Origin: Somniosus microcephalus
Lineage: Eukaryota
Reading direction: 5' to 3'
DNA: 64,000 bases
Assembly (NCBI GenBank): GCA_052327205.1
Contig: CM126222.1
Location: 49,414,001 to 49,478,000 of the forward strand
In this document: piece by piece, positions 48,436 through 60,262 of the stretch
How positions within the stretch are numbered: the stretch's first letter is position 1
Layout of the letters: every line of letters starts with the position of its first letter
Made by a program: the position numbers and the translations under genes
The notes under the pieces: model-generated
The model's database searches: none
Told to the model about the DNA's origin: nothing
What the model saw: only the letters and a program-made list of their open reading frames with translations

Positions 48436-48478
48436 CTGTTTCTCTTCATCTCACTGCTGTTTTCCTGCTCAGGTGAGT
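48436..48478 (+). promoter_or_regulatory. Juxtaposed 3'/5' splice-site motif (candidate recursive splice site)
   Basis: ctgtttctcttcatCTCACtgctgttttcctgctcAG|GTGAGT, junction 48472/48473. Confidence 0.3.
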
Positions 48479-49034
48479 AGAAGCCCCTCGCTCTACCTGT
48501 CAGATTCGTGGAAAATAATGAACGCAAATATCATTATGTTAATGCGGAGGTAGAGAGAGTTATAGATCTGGTATAAGGGATGGGAGCAGCCAGGAATTAG
48601 AACAGCTTAATGGGCCCTGAATAAAAAGATAGTCCTAATGACAAGCTGGCTGACAGTCCTAATTAATAAAAGTTATAAAATCTGCTGTCAAGAAGCAAAC
48701 AGTCAGACACAAAGGAATTATAAAACTCCTCGAGTAGAAACAGGAGCTCACTAAAGATCTGCCTGTGTACGGGGACCAGAAGGTAACATTACCCCAGATA
48801 ATTTCTCTGTTAAGCTCTTATTAAAAATGAAGTAAAATAAGATAAATCAAAATGTCATTATAATGTAATTTTAATCAGAAGTACCTTCAGCACTTGAAGC
48901 CCTGTTTCCGTCAAATCCCTTTTAACATGTTTCAAAATGTTGTCTTCGATTGGGGGGGGGGGGGGGTGGGGGAAGGCACATTAAGTAGCATTATGACCTC
49001 CGGGTCAATTTGAGGAATTTGCACCAGGAATAAC

Positions 49035-49342
49035 TTCTTCCAGGTCAGATGTTGCACAGCTTAAATGTTGGGTAAAGCTCTCTGCACTTGACCTCAACGA
49101 GAAGATAACATTTCCCTCACAAGCAATCCTTGTGGCCTCTGAGTGAAACTGTCAATTTAGTGCCAAATTATGGACCGTTCTGTGCCAGGAACTCTGTTGA
49201 AATTGTCCAACCTCATTCCAGTTAGCAGAGCACTCTTACAGACATTAGAGGGAAAGGAAACTATCAGCTTGAGCTGTTTGCAAAGCCAGGTCCAGAGCTG
49301 AAAGAACTGTGTTCTAACCTGCTGCAGCTTCTGGTTCCCCCC
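49035..49342 (-). mobile_element. Old LF-SINE-like relic
   Basis: Reverse complement shows tctttcagctctggacctgg, gtaagagtgctct, tggcactaaattgacagtttcactcagaggccacaagg. Confidence 0.45.
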
Positions 49343-50776
49343 TGTTTTTAGATATATTTATTACAGTGCAGGGGAAGTGTCCAGCACACAGCAGCGTGGA
49401 GTGGCAAGGTAGGTTCCATCTGTGTGAAGATAAACTGAAGTCAGTGTTAGTACTAGCCAATACCTTACCCAGCCCAGAAAAAAGCCTATATTATAAAGTG
49501 TATTGTGCATACATCTCAGAAAGAGATTTCTTTACTCCCTTTTAAACTCCAAAATGTGTACACCTTTCCTCCTTTCTCTGCTAATTTATGTTAACTTATG
49601 GACAGCTTTTTAGGCACCAATCTGTTTCTTCGTCGCATGGATGCATTAAAAAAAAAGTCAATGTGGTGAGTGAGGAAAATATTTTTTAGCAGGCAAAAAT
49701 AGTCTGGTGCTGCTAATATTTTAGCCATTTATAACATTTAGTGCATTAAGAGGAAATTGAACTTCTTTTTGATTTGGAAGTGATTTTAAAGCGCATGCGA
49801 CTGAAGGTGCAAGCACTTTGGTTTGAGCATAAAGCTGTGCATGAATACATTGTAGATGTAAGAAGCCGGCACAGTGTGCTTATCTGCTGAAAATCTGCTG
49901 ACTTGTGGCTTACTGAGAGCACATACTGAGAAGAGTGGCAAGAATGAAATTGAATGGGCGAATGAAAGCGGGAGCTGAAGGCAGACAGGAGGGTGAAATA
50001 TGTGCTGGTATATTTCGCCACATAAGTACTATAAGTGTCAGTTTCTACTTTTAATTATATGTTTTGCACATATAATGACATTGTATATTTGTGAGCTATT
50101 TATTTTGCATGTCCAGTATCTAGAGAAGCGAAAATGAAATGTAGATTATCAAGAAATACCAACATAACTCCTTATATGTCTAAACCGTCGAAAAACTGTG
50201 CAGATGTTTATTTCAGGTTTCCCTTTCACAGCAAGTCTGTGCACATTCACACCATCACTGCCACTTCCATGACTAAAAAGGATATATTCTGCAGATTCAT
50301 GCACATGCTCTCACATCAGAGAGCCACATGTGTCACTCAATATTCACTTCCTCAACAATACTGAAATGATCATATTTCAACTCCTGACTTCCACTTCTCC
50401 CATTTGTTGGTCAACCCTATAGAGAGGCCTCACCAGCCGAACCACGCCAGTCCTGATGAAAGGTCCCACCCAATGTGTCAACCTCCCTCTTTCAACTGCT
50501 AACTGACCTGGTGTGTGCGTGCTGAATTTTCTATTTTATTATTGTAGCTCTGCCTCAGCTGCTTTCACTCTGTGCGTGTTTTGCTTTTATCTATAGCACT
50601 AAGCACTGCAGACAGTTGTGCAAAAATAGCTCAAATTCCTAATCGGGGGGTAAAAAAAAGAAGTACTTCAACTAGAATGAAATCTTGGATCTTTTCCTCA
50701 TCCCTAATTAACTCTTAAAGTACTATTCATGGCCACTATCATGCTAGCTCAGTTAAGCTGCAATGTATGAATGGTC

Positions 50777-51022
50777 CATGTGATCTCCTGGACTGCTTTT
50801 GATCACCTGAGGGGGCCTGAGAGGAATTTTACAGATTTTTTTCCCCCTTATTGGCTTTGGGTTTTTCCTCTGTTCTTTTGCCACTCCCCGGAGATGACAT
50901 GAGTGCTGGGGGCGGGGGGTTGGAAGTATCTAGTCATGAAGCTTCAGGCATCATGAGTGTGGGGCAGGCTTGATGGACCAGCTGACCTTTTCCTGCCCAT
51001 CATATTCATAAGTTCGTATTCC
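50777..51022 (+). mobile_element. 3' end of a CR1-type retroposon with long 3' UTR
   Basis: gtgatctcctgga...gaggaatttt...ggagatgacatg...gggcaggcttgatggaccagctgaccttttcctg, then TTCGTA-like tail; first 125 bp match the reverse complement of 42598-42719. Confidence 0.65.
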
Positions 51023-52894
51023 CATTTGCTTGGTACAGTACTAGTTAACGTTTTTACCGCAGACAGTAGAGCAGCTTTTCTCTAACAGGGCTATAGTTTT
51101 CTGAACTAGCCACTGTACATCAACAAAATGGATGCTATCCCTCTAATGAAATACTGATTGTGATACATCAGTCCGGAGATTTTCAAATGTTTATTGCTAT
51201 AAATTTTTTATGTCTTAAAACCCTAGGCATTAGCTTGCAATGTGGAGCTCAGGCGAGTCTGGGAAGTGGCATCAATAGGAAGCCAGTTAAAATTTCCTTA
51301 CCAAGCAACTCTGGGAGGCTTTAGTGATTTTTGTAATGTTTTATAGTCCTCCTGTGGTATGGTCTTTCAAAATGAAATATTGCTGCACTGTGTCATGCTA
51401 TTTTACAACAAAGGAATCGCACAGGCTTTAATTGTGTAAAGCAGCCACGGCCCCTGAGCTGAGAGGGAGAGAGCAATTCAAACACACACAGATAATTTGA
51501 TTTGGGTTGTAACAGGAACAATTTATAAGCACAATTTCCCAGCTTGAATCTGGACATGTTAACAGTATTGTCCACTGGCAACTCCATTCACATTTGTATT
51601 CTACGTTAATATCATATCATATTACCAGCTATCTGCAAGTACAATTCCAATAACCTTTATTTTATATATATATATATATGTGTGGAAGTGTATGCATTTA
51701 ATTTACACAAAGCTGCTGCTTGCAGCTGATTGAGCAGGCATTGGTGTATTATACTTATGAAGGATGACAGGGTTAGCTTTGCTCCAGTTTATTCTTGATT
51801 GCATTGTTCTCCTCTTCAAACACCATCTTTGGTTTGCCAAACAAAGGAGAAAAAGCACTTGACAGTAAATGAAGGGGGACATTGACAGGAACTGCCGTCT
51901 TCCCAGTTGTCAGACCTACTGTATAGTATTTGACAGATCCAAGTATGGTGTATGATTGTGCCGTCTCTTTTATATCAAGCATATATTGTCTTGGGAGAAG
52001 TCAGAGAATAACATGCAACCTGTCGCTATGGTTTCAAACTGACAAACTCACGGCACGCATAGCTCAGCAGGTTGGAGTACTGGCCACCAATGGGGCCCAA
52101 TACACAAGCACAAAAAATAAGCTACCTTCAGTTAACAAACTACAATCTAAAGCTGGCATTTAGATAGTTCTGCTCTGTTATCAGCAGGCCTTCCATTAGA
52201 TTGATTAACTTATAGAACATATAGTGGTCTAAATTTAACAATGTTGCAGCCGTTGTACGGACCTAAAACGGTTGCAGCAATAACCAGTTTAACAGTGCAG
52301 AGGCTCCTGCCCAATTTGCAAGGAAGTTCGGGCCCCTGCTAAGTTGATCAGAGCCTATTTTTTAGGCAACCCTAATGGCTGCCTGAAGTGAGTGCAGGCC
52401 TCAATTCAATATTGATCTTACACTGTGAAAGACCAGTGGCTCATGAATGGCCAAAAGGGTGTGGGATTTAGCCTCTGTGGGAGTGATTTGGAAAAAAGTA
52501 CTGAAATTTTCATTAATTTACTGTATTTGGAGTTTAATTTTAGCTGTTAAATACTAGGTGCTTGTTTACCCGGTGCCTTAACTGAGGACGGTTTGAGCTG
52601 GTAATACGGACTTCATTGGGTTTAAAAGAGGTGTGATTAGCTGTGGTCGTTAGGCTATTGTATAGATTTGAGCTAGGTAGTGAGAGATCAGTCTCAAGCT
52701 GTGAGAGGCCAGTGGAGTGTGAACGGCCAGGAATGTGTGGAGGTTAGTCTCAGAGGGGAGTTCAGCCTTAACATGCCGTTGGACAGGAGTTTTTTCTATA
52801 ATTAATACACGCAAAGTAAGTAAGCAGAGTTTGATCCTTATGCAAGATTGCTATTTAAGGTTAACACCATCTATATTTTTAAGTTACTTACAGC

Positions 52895-53200
52895 GGGATG
52901 GCATTGCAGGGAGACTCTCGCAATGTGTGTGAAGTGCAACATGTGCGCCATTATGCATCCTAAGAGTATCCAAAGGCAACATGCTTGCACTGTGTAGGAT
53001 CTCTGAGCTCAAGCAGCAGCTGGCCACACTCTGCAGCAGTAGAGAGGACAAGGCGATTTTTGGATCATATTCTCCAAAATGTAATCACCCAAGAGGCAAT
53101 GCTCGTCCGTTCAGGATACAGGAAATGTGGAGAGAGAAGTGGGTGACCATCTAGAGGAGTTACCAAAGAAAGACAGGACTCACAGTAGAGTTATTGGAAC
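52895..53200 (+). pseudogene. CR1 ORF1 relic (zinc finger / leucine zipper)
   Basis: CVKCNM...HACT...RISELKQQLATL.SSRE pattern typical of the CR1 ORF1 N-terminus. Confidence 0.55.
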
Positions 53201-54790
53201 TGACCGGTAGATAGATAGCATTGGACAAGTATGAGGTGGACAGTGACAGCGGCTCAGAGGAGAGTGGTCCTGAGTAACACCAGGAGGATGAGTGGCAGGT
53301 GGACTACAAGAATATTAATGAATACCTTGCCTGCTGCAGTGAGGTTGTTCAATTTCTTCCTGCACTGCAAAGGAGACCTGGGGTTCGGAGGGGTGGAACT
53401 CGATGCTCCCTCCACAAAATGTGTACCATGTTCTTGGTGGGTCCCTGACCTGACTCCAAACACACCATCCCTCCTGCTCCGTATCTCCCTTTATGATAAT
53501 ATGCATATCCAGCTGTCGTGACGGTTGCCATTCACTTCTTCGATCCAGCTGCCATCCTTGTTGCCCAGGCTGCTCGCTTCCTCCACTGCTGCCATTGCCC
53601 CTTTTAGCAGTAGCAGGTTCTATACCCTGCTGTTGCATTAGGTCTCTGCCTCTCCTCCGGATATTTTCTGGACCAATATCCTTCGCCACCCATTTCCCCC
53701 CCTCACAGTCAGCCTGCATACCTCTGCTTGTTTAAATTAGCTCTACAATTTCTGGGAAGGGTGGTTGGGTGGGGGGCGGAGTTCAGCGCCATGATACAAA
53801 GATGGGAGGGAAAGCAGTGAGTGAGGAGGACATAAAAAACCTGCAAAAGGACATAGACAGGCTAAGTGAGTGGGCAGAGATTTGGCAGATGCAATATAAT
53901 GTTGGAAAGTGTGAGGTTATGCACTTTGGCAGAAAAAATCAAAGAGCAAGTTATTATCTAAATGGAGAGAAACTGCAAAGTGCTACAGTACAAAGGGATC
54001 TGGGGGTCCTGGTGCATGAAACACAAAAAGTTAGTATGCAGGTGCAGCAGGTGATCAGGAAGGCCAATGGAATCTTGGCTTTTATTGCAAGGGGGATGCA
54101 GTATAAAAACAGGGAAGTCTTGCTGCAGTTATACAGGGTATTGGTGAGGCCACACCTGGAATACTGCGTGCAGTTTTGGTTTCCATATTTAAGAAAAGAT
54201 ATACTTGCTCTCGAGGCGGTTCAGAGAAGGTTCACTCGGTTGATTCCAGAGATGAGGGGGTTGACGTATGAGGAAAGGTTGAGTAGGTTGGGACTCTACT
54301 CATTGGAGTTCAGAAGAATGAGAGGCGATCTTATCGAAACATATAAGATTGTGAGGGGGCTTGATCGGGTGGATGCGGTGAGGATGTTTCCACTGATGGG
54401 TGAGACTAGAACTAGGGGGCATAATCTTAGAATAAGGGGCTGCCCTTTCAAAACTGAGATGAGGAGAAACTTCTTCACTCAGAGGGTAGTAAATCTATGG
54501 AATTTGCTACCCCAGAGAGCTGTGGAAGCTGCAACATTAAATAAATTTTAAATGGAGATAGACAGTTTCCTAGCAGATAAGGGAATTAGGGGTTACGGGG
54601 AGAGGGCAGGGAAGTGGACGTGAGTCTAGATTCAGATCAGCCATGATCCTATTGAATGGCGGAGCAGGCCCGAGGGGCCATATGACCTACTCCTGCTCCT
54701 ATTTCTTATGTTCTTATGTTCTTATGACATGAAGGCAGGCAGCAGTTGCCCTTTGTCTCAGTGCCAATGGTACCTAGGAGTTTCGGGCCC
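53200..54790 (-). mobile_element. Harbinger-like relic with Myb/SANT exon (about 53326-53540), split by a CR1
   Basis: RSPLQCRKKLNNLTAAGK|gt phase-0 donor at 53326/53325; terminus GGGCCCGAAACTCCT at 54790 resembles GGGCCTGAACTTCCT at 62132. Confidence 0.6.
53791..54727 (+). mobile_element. Young 5'-truncated CR1 LINE (same subfamily as 42472-44361)
   Basis: DTKMGGKAVSEEDIKNLQKDIDRL...; one premature TAA at 54549; (TTCTTATG)3 tail; CATGA at both junctions. Confidence 0.95.
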
Positions 54791-55385
54791 TTCGAATCTA
54801 TAATGCAAGATGAAATTAGTAAGCATTTAGAAATAGATGGCTTTATCAAGGACCATCAGCACAGATTTGTTAAAGGCACATCATGTTTGACAAATTGAAT
54901 AGAGATTTTTTGAAGAATTGACTAATTGGATAGAGGGAGTAGATGGATTTTTAGAAGGCATTCATTCAATAAGTTGAATCACAAGAGACTTGTTAGAAAA
55001 ATTCAGGTGTGTGATGCAAGAGAAAATGTAGCAGCATGGCTAGAAAGTTGGTTAATAAACAGGAAACAAAAACAGATAAATTGGTGTTGTTTGGATTGGA
55101 GAATGTTTGGAAGTGGGATACCCCTGGTATTAGTGCATTTTTGTTCTTTGTTTAGTGTTTGGCATAGGAAGCACAATCTCAGTACAAAAGTAGGGGATTT
55201 ACTAAACAGTGAAAGGTTGTAAAAGACTTTAGGAAGATGTAGACCAGTTAGTGGGATGGGCAAACAGGTGGCAAATGAAATGTAATGTGAGATAACACCT
55301 TTTTGGGGGGGGAGAAACGAGAATTGGTAACATACACATAATGGAAAGACACTGAATGGTGTGGATGAATAGAGAAACCTAGGGT
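54791..55385 (+). mobile_element. Old degraded CR1 RT fragment
   Basis: ESIMQDEISKHLE....HQHRFVKGTSCLTN*, WLESWLINRKQ, SGIP; many lesions. Confidence 0.75.
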
Positions 55386-55494
55386 CGGCAGCCAGTGCAC
55401 TGCCGAGGAAGATTGGCCGTAAAATTGGTCCCCCTAACACTAGCCTTTTGCCCAATAAACGGGTGCAATAAGTTTCTCCCCCGATGTCTTCCGG

Positions 55495-56600
55495 TGCTTG
55501 GCCAGCTTGAGCCTAGAGATAATAAAGGATGAGATGAGGGTTCTAGTGGCAGAGGGGGTGAGATAGCAATGAAGATTAGTGATATTACGGAGATGGAAGT
55601 AGGTGGTCTTAGTTATGGCCTGGATCTAGGGTTTGAAGTTCAGCTTAAAGTTAAATTGGACACCAAGGTTTGCATGGTCAGGTGCAGTCTGAACAAATGG
55701 AGATGGCGGGGAATAGAATAAGTTTTTAGTGAAGAACAGGATTGCTGTTGTTTTTGCCAAAGTTATCCTGCAGCAAGTTCTAGCTCATCCATGACTCGAT
55801 GTTTGACAAGCACAGCAGTAGTGATGGAGCGGTAAACCTCTACCGTTGGAAACTCACCCCATGCCTATGGGATGGTATCGCTGGGTGGATGAAAAATATT
55901 AGGGCCGATGGATGGAACCTGGCGGGTACTCCAGAGGTGATAATGCAGGCACTGAAAGAGAAGCCTTTGCAAATGATAACTAGTTAATTTGGAATAGCTA
56001 GTAATGGAATCATGTGAAAGTGGTGCCTTGTAGATTGACCACAGAGGGCAGGCAATAGAGGAGAATGGATATGGTCAACCATATCAAAGGTTAAGGAGAA
56101 TGAGGGTTTAACAGATTATGTTCGCAGTTACATAGGACATCATTGTTGACTTTGACAGGGCAATCTTGGTACTGTGGGCGGGGTGGAAACCAAATTGATG
56201 GGATTCAAGCAGAAGAATAATGGGAATAGAGTTGAGTGATAATGATATGTTTAAGAACCAAGAAGGGGAGGTTGGAGCTAGAAAGTATAGAGAGGATGGA
56301 TGAATCGAGAGTGAGCTCTTTGATGGGGGTGGGCTTTTTAAGGAGGGGGGGATTACAACAGTTTTAAAAGAGGAAGCATTGCATCAGGAGAGAGCTGTTG
56401 AGGATGTCACTGAGCGTTGGGTCAAGGGAGAGTAGTAGACTGGTCAGGAGTTGGGATGGGATGTGATTGAGGGATCAGGCAATGGGTCTTAGGGATGAGA
56501 TGATGGAGAAATTATAAAATATTGTGGAATTGGTCTGGGGTAGAAGGAGGGCTGGGGGTTAAGGGAGGATAGTGGGGCAGGAGATGGCTGAGGCAATCTA
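55495..56600 (-). mobile_element. Old L2-clade LINE RT fragment
   Basis: Minus strand LGVQFN.KLNF..IQAITKTTYFHLRNI...L....TRTLISSFIISRL. Confidence 0.65.
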
Positions 56601-59600
56601 GCAGATACCATAAACCAGCATGAAAGTCCTGTATGCATTTTATCCATTATGTAGCAGCGATTGGTGTCAATCCTTGATTCCACTGTGTTCAAAGTCATAT
56701 CATGAAAATGAAAATGCGTTTCTTACATTAACATGATATTGCATCGCACTGTAGTGCACTTATCCTGCCTGATTACAGGTACGAACAGAGTCAGTCATTG
56801 TAGTTGTGAGACTTGTGGATCAGCAATGAGTGAATAGGCGTAAATTCATTTCAATTTGAATCAAACAGAGCCAAGCACAGAGTGAGAACCTAATCACTCA
56901 AATTGCTATTTCCACATCAGTGCAAAGTGAAAAACTGGCTCAGCCCCAAGTTTTTCATCTGAAGAAAGCAAATTCAATTTATATTTATTGTCCTGACTTA
57001 AATATGATTACTTTGGGTCTCTAGCCCACCCAGATTTTGCACTCATCCCACTGACTATGCTTGTATCTCATTTTAACAAAAAAAATAATAAAAGAAACTT
57101 CAACCATGTTTTACATCACTGGTGTGATGGATAGTTAAGGAACATTTATTTTTCCATCAAATATAATAATACTGCTAATCACCATTTTGTTTTAATATCT
57201 CATGATTTCTGCATAATTTAACATAATATAATGAGATTTTAATGGTCGAGAGGGTTTGTTTAAGTCTACATTTTTCTGGTAGATGTTTCCTTTGTTTTTA
57301 GTGCTCGTTAGGCTGGAGGTGTTTGGCTTGGCAATGCAAGATTATTACATCACTTTACAGGGCTGAGTCTTTGTGACAATAAGCTTGATTTACGATGGCA
57401 AGTTCCTGTAGTCTGGAATATCCCCAGGATCGGTTTGCTTCAAATGAGTGATATCACAATGCAACTAGCATATTGCAGCTGAAAACTCTCCACTTTCCAT
57501 CTGTTTTAAAGGAAAGCCTATTCTAAGAACTGACACATAAACCCACATGTTGTAAACAGAACTATCCGTATGCTTATCAGCTGGCCTCTGTTGCCCCTTG
57601 ATGCCATGTTTGATGCTTTAGAACTGCTGGTTGGTTGGGAGAAGACATTTTGTACAGAGCTCCCCCTGATGTGTTGTCATGAAATTCCATTCCAGTGACA
57701 TCACAAATAGGAGGGCGACCAGCAGCCCACCATTCCGATCCATGCTGTCCATGAAATGGGACTTTCACAATTGGGGACGTTTAATGCCAAATATTTACGC
57801 CCATGCTGAACTCTGACCAGCCATTTCAAAGCAGAAAACCTGGTAGGAGTGGGTAGCTGTGAGGGCACTGATTATCTCTTTTTGTAACATTTGAAATGAT
57901 TTGACAGTTTAGTAGAATATAGTTTCTCTTAAACAAGAAGCAGACCAAGCAAATCATTTGCCTGCAGTCACTTGGGAGTCTACAAGTCAAAAGGCCAGTC
58001 CCACCCAGGGGTTCTACCAGATGCTGAAGATCCCAAGTATGTGGGCTTAACTTGACTGCCACTAAATAGTTCCCATTCTAGCTTCAACTCATGCATGTGG
58101 GCCGAGAACAGTATTGCTGCTGAAATGTGTGCCAATGGGAGAAACAATGTCAAAATGTTCTGAAGCATGCAGGCTATGACTCAATGAGTAAATTTACCAC
58201 TTTACAATAAGTGTTGTGCCTTTGGGAGCTGTTCACTTCCATTTCATGGAAATGTTTAAATTGGCAATGTTCTCAGATTGTTGTTGAGCCTTTCCTATAA
58301 ACTGTACCTCCCCCGCCCCCGTAATTTTAATATTTTTAAGTGCACACACACGTCAGAATGCACCATAAAAAAAAGCTGTTATCACCATCAGAAATAATTA
58401 CATTGCCAAATCCTAAATGTTTTATTGCTAAAAAGAGGTTCTTTGAAAAAATAATCACAACAAATTACAGTCTTCCCTGTCCTGACGACGCATCTTGACC
58501 CCCCCCAGCCCATGAGGAGTCCCCTCTGTTCAACGTAACCAGCTTTCACTACTGAGGATCTTTAACCTGAGCCCCAAGAGCTGAGTCTGCAATTACTGTA
58601 GGACCATCCATTAATACAGTTCAAACTGTGACAGTCACACCTCGGGGACCACCAGAAGCTCCAACTACCTCAGTGCACAGAAGCTAAATTTCTGCACAGA
58701 CTAAATCGTCTTCTTTCTTGCTGTTTTCCTTCAAAGCACAACCTTTTATTCAGCAATCTGCTCAGTTCATCAATTTTTCCCATGAGCTTTTTACACATAT
58801 TTTGTAGTTAAAACATGAGCGAAGGCTGCTGGGAAATGCAGCCTTGGCTCAAAAGTTCCTTGTTGCTTGCTTTTGCCAGTATTTGGCCCTGGAGAGGTCT
58901 GTTTCTGCGCTGCCAGCTGTATGAAATACAGTTAATCCCAGGCAGGACTCCATTCCTTCTGTTCAGTCCCCAGTGTAGGATATTTCCTCCTCTTTCATTC
59001 CTTGCTTCCCAGCGGGGCCCATTTGGAACGGCGAGGGCTTGCTAGTGAGGAGTTGGATTGTAACACATTGTAACGACAAGTTGTGGTCTATCTCAACCCC
59101 TCCCCTGGGCTGTCGCACTAGATTAAACCCCTGTTGGTACTGATTTCCCTGTAGCACACATAGGATGCATTTAGAAATACTTCATCATTAACCATTTCAC
59201 TGATGTGAGCCTCGGAATCAATTTGTTTTGTGAAAAAGGATGCCTGGTGAAAACAAAGGGTATGTGTGTGATGCACTGGGCTCACTGAGCATTTGTGTGT
59301 CATTTGCCCATCAATAAAAACTGACAGCAGGTTAGAGCTATTGTTCCAAGGAATAACAACATATTTGTAACCTTGGTTGGGCCTACTCTGATACGCTGTA
59401 CAACAGAACGCTTTCAGTCACAGTCTCTGACGGAAAGCTTTCCTCCAGTTACAGAATCCAATGTATGTTTAAAAAAAGGTTTGGGGGAAAAATAGCCATT
59501 TCATTGTAATCCATACTGGACACATGCATTTCCCCACAAATTAGCAACACAGAGAAGTTCATTGCCTACGTTCTCATATCTGTAATGTCGTTCCAATCAT

Positions 59601-60069
59601 TCGCGTTTTAAATTGATATCAAATGTTATTGCTGTGATCGGCTCAGTGACAACCTGCCCCAGAGCCAGCCTGGCTACACAGCGATCACAGGGCACTTTGA
59701 TTTTGACTTTGTGAAATTGGCCAGGGATTGAGAAGACATCATTAAGGAAGTGTACGATAGAGCTTTTCAAATTATCTGTACAAATCTAAAAAAAAAAAAG
59801 GGGAGGTGGCTTTAACCCTCAAAAGGATTAAGGTAGCATTTTTTAAACTTAAAGAAAAAAACCTCAATAAAGGCTAAAGCTAATCAGGTATCTGATGCAG
59901 TCCTGCAGAGTACAAAGAGTTAAATTATTCACAATGAGGGAGTGCTGTGTGGCTACAGATTATAACTCTGCATTCAGACTGGGGATCTGTTCAAAGCCTC
60001 CAGCTTTCTCCAAGGCAGTTCACTGGCAAGAGAGAGCAACACATAATGATATATACACTTATATGTATA

Positions 60070-60262
60070 CTAGCAGGGGAGCCCGGCGTTGCCAGGGCAA
60101 TTTTGGGCCGCGCGGTCTCCGTGTCCCTGTGTGTCCCACCTCTCTGTCCCTCTCCTCGTCTCCCTGTGCTGTCCTCTCCCTCCCTCCCCTCCCGGTCCCT
60201 GCCCTCTCCCCGGACAGACAGACAGAGAGAGACAGAGAGACATACTGTTTTATATATATAGA
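60070..60262 (-). mobile_element. Non-autonomous mini-Helitron, 193 bp
   Basis: Minus strand A|TCTATATATATAAAA...(TCTG)n...GCCCTGGC-AAC-GCCGGGC hairpin...CTAG|T; inserted in an AT dinucleotide, no TSD. Confidence 0.85.

Noticed and set aside
49749-49857. Possible plus-strand exon EEIELLFDLEVILKRMRLKVQALWFEHKAVHEYIVD ending at gtaaga
   Set aside because: Weak acceptor, in-frame stop directly upstream, and no recognisable homology.
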